DNA of 25,704 bases from an uncultured Eubacteriales bacterium (GTDB lineage: Bacteria; Bacillota; Clostridia; Oscillospirales; Acutalibacteraceae), in contig CAYYFY010000001.1 in NCBI GenBank assembly GCA_964471035.1, positions 1 through 25,704 on the forward strand, given 5' to 3'. Shown one piece after another: positions 1 to 6,342 of this stretch. The notes beneath the pieces are model-generated. The model was not told the origin of the DNA. It ran no database searches and worked only from the letters and a program-made list of their open reading frames with translations. Both the position numbers and the translations under genes were made by a program. The stretch's first letter is position 1, and every line of letters begins with the position of its first letter.

Positions 1-5
1 TCACA

Positions 6-38
6 GAACCGTACGTGCGGTTTTCCCGCATACGGCTC
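6..38 (-). ncRNA. Group II intron catalytic domain V
   Basis: Minus strand GAGCCGTATGCGGGAAAACCGCACGTACGGTTC: canonical hairpin with AGC triad and AC bulge. Confidence 0.95.
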
Positions 39-39
39 T

Positions 40-1320
40 TCAAACCAACTTTGGTTTCCAGTTCCAGATGTCTTTCGTTAGGTGTGGTTTTTTCACATAG
101 AAATCCCATATCCTTTGGAACTTATCCCATTTCATGCTCCGTTTTTGATGTCTGCGGTTAAGCGTTCGATAGGTCGTATACCTTACGTATATCCAAAAGT
201 TTTCAACCATATGAAAATTGCCACTGATACCATAGTAGTTACAATGCCCTTGAAGCGATAACTGAATGTGTTTCATAGTTTCACTGACCGGCTTGTGCAT
301 GTTTTCATGCAACCACGCCTTGGCACTCTGTTTCTTTGATTTCAATTTCTTCTTGCTTGTTCGCACTCCCAGCCGATATTTTCCTTCTCTGGTCTGCGTA
401 TTGAAGAATGTAAACCCCAAGAAATCAAAGTCCTCTTTTGTCCCTTTGAACCGTCCAATTGGAAGAATGCGCGTTTTGTCCTCCGCTACTTCCAGCCCAA
501 ACTTGCCGAGCCGTGCTATCAAGGCTTCCATAACCTCCAGCGCTTCGTTTTCATACTGAAACATCAGCAGAAAATCGTCTGCGTACCGCACATAATACAC
601 TTCACCTTTGCACTGTTTCCGCAGCACCTTTTCGTACCACAAATCAAGCACATAGTGCAGATACACATTCGCCAGCACCGGCGAAATCTGTCCACCCTGC
701 GGTGTCCCTTTGTCGCTTTCTTTCCGTTCTGCTCCCTCCATTATGCCCGCGATGAGAAATCGCTTCACATAACGCAGGAAATTCCTGTCCGCGATGTCGT
801 TCTCAAGAAATTTCATCAGCCAATCATGGTCTACATTATCAAAGAACCCTTTGATGTCGGCTTCCAGCACATAGTTGACCTTCTTTGTCATAATGGTCTG
901 ATTGATTTCCCGTACCACCATGTGCGCATTCCGTTCGGGTCTGAATCCGTAGGAGCAATCCAGAAACCGCTCCTCGTAGATGTCATTCAGCAATCCAGCC
1001 ATGACGCTCTGTACCAGTCTGTCTTCGTATGCGGGTATCCCCAGCGGACGCATTTTTCCGTTAGCCTTTGGAATGTATGCCCTGCGTACGGGTTGCGGCT
1101 TGTAGCTGAATCGCTTCATTCGGGCGATTAAATCCGCCACGTTCTCGTCCAGCTTCTCCCCGTACTCCGCCTTAGTCATTCCATCTATGCCGACCGCCTT
1201 GTTTTGTACCTGCTTTCTGTGTGCTTCCTTGACACTTGTCGCATTGACACGATTCATCAGTGTTTCCAGCTTCGCATAGGTTCTGGACTGATACCTTATT
1301 TCCTTCAGTTCTTGTTCCAC
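40..1320 (-). CDS. ltrA: Group II intron reverse transcriptase/maturase (RT + X domain, no HNH endonuclease), about 426 aa
   Basis: Motifs AVGIDG, YIPKANGKMRPLGIP, SYGFRP, DIKGFFD, GTPQGGQISPVLAN, YVRYADDF, FDFLGF, GHCNYYG. ORF track starts at 1410, but the GTG at 1320 follows AGGAGG (1331-1336, 10-nt spacer) and 1410 lies in intron domain III. Stop TGA at 40-42 abuts domain V. Confidence 0.93.
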   Translation of the reverse strand: MEQELKEIRYQSRTYAKLETLMNRVNATSVKEAHRKQVQNKAVGIDGMTKAEYGEKLDENVADLIARMKRFSYKPQPVRRAYIPKANGKMRPLGIPAYEDRLVQSVMAGLLNDIYEERFLDCSYGFRPERNAHMVVREINQTIMTKKVNYVLEADIKGFFDNVDHDWLMKFLENDIADRNFLRYVKRFLIAGIMEGAERKESDKGTPQGGQISPVLANVYLHYVLDLWYEKVLRKQCKGEVYYVRYADDFLLMFQYENEALEVMEALIARLGKFGLEVAEDKTRILPIGRFKGTKEDFDFLGFTFFNTQTREGKYRLGVRTSKKKLKSKKQSAKAWLHENMHKPVSETMKHIQLSLQGHCNYYGISGNFHMVENFWIYVRYTTYRTLNRRHQKRSMKWDKFQRIWDFYVKKPHLTKDIWNWKPKLV

Positions 1321-1629
1321 GTACCCGTAACCTCCTGTGTTACCCGTGCTTTCCTTTGGAAAACGCTGATTTGTTGCCCCCTTCGCTCCACCGGCTTTCA
1401 CCGGCTTCACCGCTACTATGAGGCAATCCGACTTCTGACAAGCCTTCGTTTCGCGCTTAGTTTACAATACCTTGCTTGAATCTACCGCTCTCATTGCGGA
1501 TTTCACCGCTTTGCGGAGCCTGTCAGACCTCCCAGGTATGCGTGTATTACTCTTGTGCGCTCGCCACGCTCTATGGACCCCGACGGATTCTCACCAACCT
1601 CGCGTTTACGGTCGGTTCTTTCTGCCTGC

Positions 1630-1645
1630 TGTGAAGGAGAACACA
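1630..1645 (-). other. Intron EBS1 stem-loop (loop UUCUCCUU; EBS1 = CUCCUU at 1634-1639) pairing with IBS1 AAGGAG at 1838-1843
   Basis: Minus strand GCC-GA-TGTG-[TTCTCCTT]-CACA-GCA-GGC in the 3' part of domain I. Perfect 6/6 complement of the six exon bases just upstream of GTGCG. Confidence 0.85.
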
Positions 1646-1845
1646 TCGGCTTCCGTTCTTTATGTCTTACGGGGCTGAATCGCTTCACGCTTTCGCATTG
1701 CGGCTCTCGCACTCCCTGTCCTACGCTTAAACCTCACCTCACGGCTTCGGCTCCAAGGACTCAGTACCGACTGGTCGCTAACCTTTGTCGGGTCAGGTCT
1801 CTCACCCAACTATATTACACGCACCGAACTGGCGCACCTCCTTTG

Positions 1846-1893
1846 TTATTAATACCAAGCACTCGACGTGGAACGAGATCGTCAGATTGATAA
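1846..1893. other. att-like pseudo-palindrome containing a second copy of the rlmD 3' tail (candidate attR or displaced native rlmD end)
   Basis: 19-bp imperfect inverted arms (1846-1864 and 1875-1893, 12/19) around a 10-bp spacer. 1843-1870 matches rlmD 3201-3228 at 21/28 nt. Minus strand reads H-V-E-C-L-V-L-I-T-K-E versus rlmD H-M-E-C-V-V-L-M-S-R-V. Confidence 0.75.
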
Positions 1894-1901
1894 TAAAACC
1901 C

Positions 1902-2021
1902 TACGAACCGCTTGTCCGGCGGTTGATTGAAAAGGTCACCGTTTACAGTGGCAAACAAGTTGCCGCGGACAAATTCATCGTGGAATTTAAGTCCGGCGTG
2001 ACGGTGGAGGTGAAGGAATAA
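1902..2021 (+). pseudogene. C-terminal fragment of a large serine recombinase (site-specific integrase)
   Basis: YEPLVRRLIEKVTVY...DKFIVEFKSGVTVEVKE* resembles the typical C-terminus of Clostridia ICE/IME serine recombinases as I recall it. No catalytic N-terminus or start codon; it begins just after the att-like site. Confidence 0.75.
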
Positions 2022-2029
2022 GAATGATA

Positions 2030-2073
2030 AAAGCAAAGTCGTTTGGGGATTTATATATTCTGGACTTTGCTTT
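2030..2073. terminator. Putative bidirectional terminator between the convergent recombinase relic and methyltransferase
   Basis: Perfect 11-bp inverted repeat AAAGCAAAGTC / GACTTTGCTTT with a 22-nt spacer and A/T-rich flanks. Confidence 0.5.
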
Positions 2074-2114
2074 ATTTTATATTAAATTTTCGCTAATATT
2101 AGAATTTTTCGGTA

Positions 2115-2867
2115 TTACTTCTTTATCGCCTTTATAACAAAACACGTTTCTAAAAAATCAGCAGCGTCGCTATTGTTGTCATAACCGTCTTCAAAAAATC
2201 CCGTTATGCAAAAACCACTCCTAGTTAGTTCGCCTATATAATTATCTAAAGTATGTCCATATTCAATCCAATCCCCTTGATTATCATGCTCATAGGATTT
2301 ATATGGTAGTTTATTGCACGCTATATAATAGTCCCCATCCTGAATATATTCACACAAATAATTTGCTGGATTAGGGGCACACAATATGAAACTACCGCCT
2401 TTTTTTAGGATACGACAACATTCTTGATAAACAGGTGTGACATTCGGGACATAGAACAAAGAGGGTGGATTTATAATAATATCAAAACACTCATCGGAAA
2501 ATCTCGACATATCGCACATATTTCCCTGCTCTATTTTAATTGAGAGATTTTCTTTTTCAACGACAGCTTTATCACGAAGCAGCATATTTTTTGATAGGTC
2601 TAACACCGTTACATTAGCGCCCGCAGCTGCGCATAGAGGAGCTTGTTGTCCCCCGGCTCCCGCAAGGCAGAGTAGTTTGATATCCTTCATTTTTTCCGGG
2701 AACCAACTTCTCGGTAACAGCTTATTACCAGAAATACTGATTTCGAAAATGCCATTCCTTGCTTTTTCGATTTCTGCATGGGTTACAGGGATTGACCATG
2801 AAACATTTTGCTCCACAAGATTATCAATGTTTTTTTCTACTTTTTCAAATATGTTACTATCATTCAT
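2115..2867 (-). CDS. Class I SAM-dependent methyltransferase, 250 aa
   Basis: LLCLAGAGGQQ (motif I variant), VTVLDLS, IEQGNMCDMS, FDIII, ILKKGG. SD AAGGAG at 2878-2883. Visibly AT-rich compared with the flanks. Confidence 0.88.
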   Translation of the reverse strand: MNDSNIFEKVEKNIDNLVEQNVSWSIPVTHAEIEKARNGIFEISISGNKLLPRSWFPEKMKDIKLLCLAGAGGQQAPLCAAAGANVTVLDLSKNMLLRDKAVVEKENLSIKIEQGNMCDMSRFSDECFDIIINPPSLFYVPNVTPVYQECCRILKKGGSFILCAPNPANYLCEYIQDGDYYIACNKLPYKSYEHDNQGDWIEYGHTLDNYIGELTRSGFCITGFFEDGYDNNSDAADFLETCFVIKAIKK

Positions 2868-2990
2868 CGTATAATATCTCCTTAATAAATTTTTTAATCG
2901 TTGTAATAGCGGTATACGTTACAACAACATCCAACCTGTTCACACACACCGGCGAAAAAAAACTTCCAAGTCGTCCACACGAGAACCTCT

Positions 2991-3058
2991 AACATCTATC
3001 CTGTATACTCGTCGAAGGGTATTATCAATCCTGTGCACTCGCGAAGCGGTGACATCAA
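2991..3058 (+). repeat. Two degenerate 30-bp tandem units plus the start of a third, resembling att arms
   Basis: AACATCTATCCTGTATACTCGTCGAAGGGT / ATTATCAATCCTGTGCACTCGCGAAGCGGT / GACATCAA. Similar to ACATCAATACCACGCACTC at 3204-3222. Confidence 0.7.
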
Positions 3059-3189
3059 AATCGTTCTGTCACAAGGAAAAACGCTTCTTTGGACTTGTTC
3101 CCACGGGGCAAAATTATTTGATTTTCAGACTGTGGTTTTCGACGTGAAAAAGCGAAAATCCCTTTGTTTCAAGGCGTTTTTCACCCTCT

Positions 3190-4539
3190 TCAATTTACCC
3201 TTGACATCAATACCACGCACTCCATATGCGGTGTGCGGGGGAACATATCCACCGGAGCGGCGCGCTTGACCGTATAACCCAGCTCCGTGAGGATTGCGCA
3301 GTCGCGGGCGAGCGTTGCCGGGTCACAGGAGACGTAGACAATTTTTTCGGGGTTCATGGCGGCTATGGTTTCGAGCAGTTCTTTGTCGCAGCCCTTTCTG
3401 GGCGGGTCTAAAATGACGGTGTCGGGCGTTGTGCCCTCCTCCTCCAGTGTTTTTGCCGCTACTGCGGCGTCGGCGCAGAGGAAGCGGGCGTTTTTGATGC
3501 CATTTATGGCGGCGTTTTCTAAGGCGTCCCTGACGGCGTCGGGGACGATCTCGACGCCGATGAGTTGTTTGACGCCGCCTGCCATCGACAGACCGATGGT
3601 GCCGGCGCCGCAGTAGAGGTCTAAAAGGGTGTCGGTCGGTTTAGGGGCGGCAAACGCGGCGGCTGTTTTATATAGCCGTTCGGCTTGTTCGTGATTGACC
3701 TGATAAAACGAGAGCGGCGAGAGCTTGATGCGCAGACCGCACAGCTCGTCGGTGATAAAGCCGTCGCCGTACAAAGTTTTACAGCGCGCGCCGAGCACGA
3801 CGTTGGTGTCGTCGGTATTGGTGTTTAATAGGAGCGTCTTAAAGCCGCTTAAGTCTTTCAGCGTTTCGAGTAAACTCTGACCGTGCAAAAGGTCCTTGCC
3901 GTTTATGACGACGCAGACCATCAGCTCGCCCGTGGCAAACGCCTTACGCAGGTAGAGGTGCCGGATAAGCCCTCTGCCTGTCGTTTCGTCATAAACGCTG
4001 ACGTTGTGTTTCTTTATGAATGCTTTCAGCAGCTTAGCCGCCTGTGCAAATTCGGGCGGTTGGAGGGCGCAGCCGCATGAGTCGATCACGCGGTGGCTGC
4101 GCGGCGCGTAGAAGCCGATCTTGACCTCGTTGTTCTCAACGGCGACGGGGTATTGCGCCTTGTTGCGGTAGCCGTCTATGCGCTCTGCGCCGAGGATCGG
4201 CTCAAGGGGGACGTCCATATGGGAAAGACGCCTGAACGCTTCTTTAACGCGTTTTTCCTTATGCGCAAGCTCCGCGTCATAGGAGATGTGCCTAAAAGCG
4301 CAGCCGCCGCACTGTGAAAAGACGGGGCAATCCGGTTTTATCCTGTCCTTTGACGGCGCGGCGATTTCCATACATTTACCAATCGCGTAATGTGGTTTAA
4401 TTTTGATGATACGGCAACGAATTGTGTCGCCTATGGCGGTGTTCGGAACGAATACGGCAAGACCGTCAACCCGTCCGACGCCGTTGCCCTCGGAGGTATA
4501 ATCTTCTATAATTAAGGGTATTTCGTCATTTTTTTGCAT
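3190..4539 (-). CDS. rlmD: 23S rRNA (uracil-1939-C5)-methyltransferase RlmD (RumA/TrmA family, TRAM domain)
   Basis: TRAM N-terminus, Fe-S motif CPVFSQCGGC, LDLYCGAGTIG, ILDPPRKG, YVSCDPATLARD, DMFPRT. Confidence 0.95.
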   Translation of the reverse strand: MQKNDEIPLIIEDYTSEGNGVGRVDGLAVFVPNTAIGDTIRCRIIKIKPHYAIGKCMEIAAPSKDRIKPDCPVFSQCGGCAFRHISYDAELAHKEKRVKEAFRRLSHMDVPLEPILGAERIDGYRNKAQYPVAVENNEVKIGFYAPRSHRVIDSCGCALQPPEFAQAAKLLKAFIKKHNVSVYDETTGRGLIRHLYLRKAFATGELMVCVVINGKDLLHGQSLLETLKDLSGFKTLLLNTNTDDTNVVLGARCKTLYGDGFITDELCGLRIKLSPLSFYQVNHEQAERLYKTAAAFAAPKPTDTLLDLYCGAGTIGLSMAGGVKQLIGVEIVPDAVRDALENAAINGIKNARFLCADAAVAAKTLEEEGTTPDTVILDPPRKGCDKELLETIAAMNPEKIVYVSCDPATLARDCAILTELGYTVKRAAPVDMFPRTPHMECVVLMSRVN

Positions 4540-5122
4540 CGGTCATCTCCCTGACGGTTTCTTTGTACTCGTCATATGTCATAAAGGCGTTTATCAGCTG
4601 TAACAGCGAATTTGCCGACAGCCTTGACGGCAGGTCAAGCCGTTTCAGAAGCGCCTGCCTGCGCCTTTGGCTCTCGGCTTTGCCGCTGAGTCCGTCCTCG
4701 TAAAAATCGGTCTTTGTCACGTGCTTACGCGGCTCACGGGTCTCCTCACAGCACACGCCCGCCTGCCGCAGCGAGGTAGTCAGGACAATCTGTGAGATGC
4801 CCTCGACGCCGAGCTTGCCCTCTTTAGACGGCGCGGTCTTGCGCTGCTCCTTGCCTAAGACATCGGGGATATAGGCGTGTACGACCGTCTCGGGCGGGAC
4901 GAGACTGCCGATGAACGAACGAATCTTGAAACCGGCGGCGTCGCTGTCGGTTAAAATGAGCAGCCCCCTTGACAGCGCGAGGCGGCGAATGAGATTTTGT
5001 TTTTCCTTGTCGTTGAATACGCCAAAGCCGCCGGTCTCGAGGATGACCCCGTCGATGACCGAGGAAAGGCGTATTTTATCGTATTTTCCCTCAACGATGA
5101 TGATGCGGTCTGTCTTGATCAT
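4526..5122 (-). CDS. rnmV: Ribonuclease M5-like Toprim protein (DUF4093 C-terminus)
   Basis: Toprim motifs IIVEGKYD and ILTDSDAAG, C-terminal GKLGVEG; overlaps the rlmD start by 14 bp. Confidence 0.8.
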   Translation of the reverse strand: MIKTDRIIIVEGKYDKIRLSSVIDGVILETGGFGVFNDKEKQNLIRRLALSRGLLILTDSDAAGFKIRSFIGSLVPPETVVHAYIPDVLGKEQRKTAPSKEGKLGVEGISQIVLTTSLRQAGVCCEETREPRKHVTKTDFYEDGLSGKAESQRRRQALLKRLDLPSRLSANSLLQLINAFMTYDEYKETVREMTDAKK

Positions 5123-5129
5123 ATTAAAA

Positions 5130-5259
5130 TTTATGTCCTTTCGGGCTTCATGCCCAAAAGGACATAAAACCTTATAAAAAACGCGGTTTCGCGCACGAAA
5201 TGCGGGTCAGACCGACCGACCCGCAAGCGTTTTTGCGGATTGAAAGTGTAACTTTCAAT
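5130..5259. other. Highly structured intergenic segment (five stems)
   Basis: Hairpin 5130-5168; stem 5177-5184/5227-5234 enclosing hairpins 5187-5200 and 5201-5225; hairpin 5239-5259. Confidence 0.65.
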
Positions 5260-6342
5260 TTAAATCCTTAGAAGATTGATAATCAGGGTCTCCAGAATGA
5301 CCCGCTTGTCGGTGCCGGTGGATTTTAAGTCGGTATCGGCTTTCGAGATGTACAGGATTGCCTCGCGCAGCTGGTCGATTGAATATTTACGCGACGAGGC
5401 GGCTGCGTTTTCGAGCATAAACATCTTGTTTTTCTTATAGACGGGATAGTCCGCTGCGACCGCGTCGCATTTCATGCCGCTCTGTACGGCGGCTTTGACG
5501 CGGAGCATATCCACATACGGTCCGGCTAAAACGGCCAAAAGCTTTATAGGCTCCTCGCGCTGCTTTAACAGCGCATCGAGGTTATAAAGCGCCTCGTCGG
5601 CCTTTTTATCGATGATCTGCTTTGCCAGGCTGAAAATTCTTGCCTGCGGGCTTACGGTGACGGCGCTGTCGATGTCGGCGCGCGTTATCTTTCCGCTTTT
5701 TTTATACGCGCACACCTTATCGATCTCGTTGCGCAGCGTGCCCAATTCGTCGCCGGCGATATTGATCATATAGAGGGCGTCGGTTTTTTCAAGGGTACAG
5801 CCTCTTTTTTCCGCTCCCGTGCAAAGCTGCTTGACAAGCTCGCCTGTCGCAAGCCTGTCCAGCTTTATAACCGTGCCGTATTTTTCAAAGGTCTTGACGA
5901 TTTTGATCCATTTCGCGTTTTTTTCATCCACGGTCACGGCATCCATCCAGAAAACGAGCACCGTGCTTTCCGGAATATCGGAAATGATCTCGATAAGCGT
6001 TTCAAACCGCCCGCTGTCGGGGAGGACTTGTGCTTGTTCCTCCTCCTCGTCTTTTTGTTTGGGCAGCAGGTCGATGAGATTCATATCGTGGACGACCGTA
6101 CAGGCGAATTCGCCCATCATCGGCAGGGAGGAAACAGAGTCGGAAAGCTCGTCGAACGTGACGGTCTTCCCGTCAAACCGATGTAGATTGAACGCCTCAA
6201 ACTCCTTTTCGACTAATCTTTGCGGGATAAAGGAAGCGTAATGCTGCTTTACATAATCCTCGCTGCCGTACAAAAAATAGAGGCGGTCGGGCGTTTTCTC
6301 CCTCAGTTGTTTTTTCAGTTGGTTTTCGTCGATGCGTCCCAC
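5260..6342 (-). CDS. holA: DNA polymerase III subunit delta
   Basis: LYFLYGSEDY, FNLHRFDGK, LRNEIDK-type motifs. GTG start with SD AAAGGAG; conserved position after comEC. Confidence 0.9.
   Translation of the reverse strand: MGRIDENQLKKQLREKTPDRLYFLYGSEDYVKQHYASFIPQRLVEKEFEAFNLHRFDGKTVTFDELSDSVSSLPMMGEFACTVVHDMNLIDLLPKQKDEEEEQAQVLPDSGRFETLIEIISDIPESTVLVFWMDAVTVDEKNAKWIKIVKTFEKYGTVIKLDRLATGELVKQLCTGAEKRGCTLEKTDALYMINIAGDELGTLRNEIDKVCAYKKSGKITRADIDSAVTVSPQARIFSLAKQIIDKKADEALYNLDALLKQREEPIKLLAVLAGPYVDMLRVKAAVQSGMKCDAVAADYPVYKKNKMFMLENAAASSRKYSIDQLREAILYISKADTDLKSTGTDKRVILETLIINLLRI

Larger units (their letters stand above)
1..1837 (-). mobile_element. Group II intron (IIB-like, endonuclease-less RT; most like bacterial class E from recalled motifs); 3' end (domain VI) lies beyond window start
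   Basis: Minus strand starts GTGCG at 1837. Domain I basal stem pairs CCAG..GGT.GCGTGTA (1816-1832) with TACACGC..ACC.TGG (1532-1546). Domain II stem arms at 1518-1527 and 1434-1443. RT ORF inside. Domain V with AGC triad at 6-38. Confidence 0.95.
1846..3228. mobile_element. Remnant mini-island integrated at the rlmD 3' end (recombinase relic plus methyltransferase cargo)
   Basis: Bounded by two copies of the rlmD tail. Contains a serine recombinase C-terminus, an AT-rich cargo gene and degenerate att-arm repeats. Confidence 0.65.

Noticed and set aside
40-1410. RT as part of a retron, DGR, CRISPR-RT or Abi system
   Set aside because: The ORF sits inside a complete group II ribozyme scaffold (GTGCG start, DI/DII stems, EBS1, DV). 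No template/variable repeat pair, cas genes or msr-msd are present.
1321-1410. ORF-track N-terminal extension of the RT
   Set aside because: It overlaps structural intron domain III/IV sequence, and a strong AGGAGG precedes the GTG at 1320.
1819-1824. Alternative intron 5' end GTGCGT at 1824
   Set aside because: These bases form part of the domain I basal stem, and only the 1837 boundary gives an EBS1-complementary exon.
1-1837. Class C (IIC) terminator-targeting intron
   Set aside because: Domain V has an AGC triad and full length, EBS1 pairs over 6 nt, and no terminator hairpin directly precedes the 5' junction.
1785-2036. ORFs 1785-2021 (+) and 1815-2036 (-) as real genes
   Set aside because: Both cross the intron boundary and the att site; only codons from about 1902 resemble a protein family.
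2991-3058. Mini CRISPR array
   Set aside because: Units are directly adjacent with no spacers, are degenerate, and there are no cas genes.
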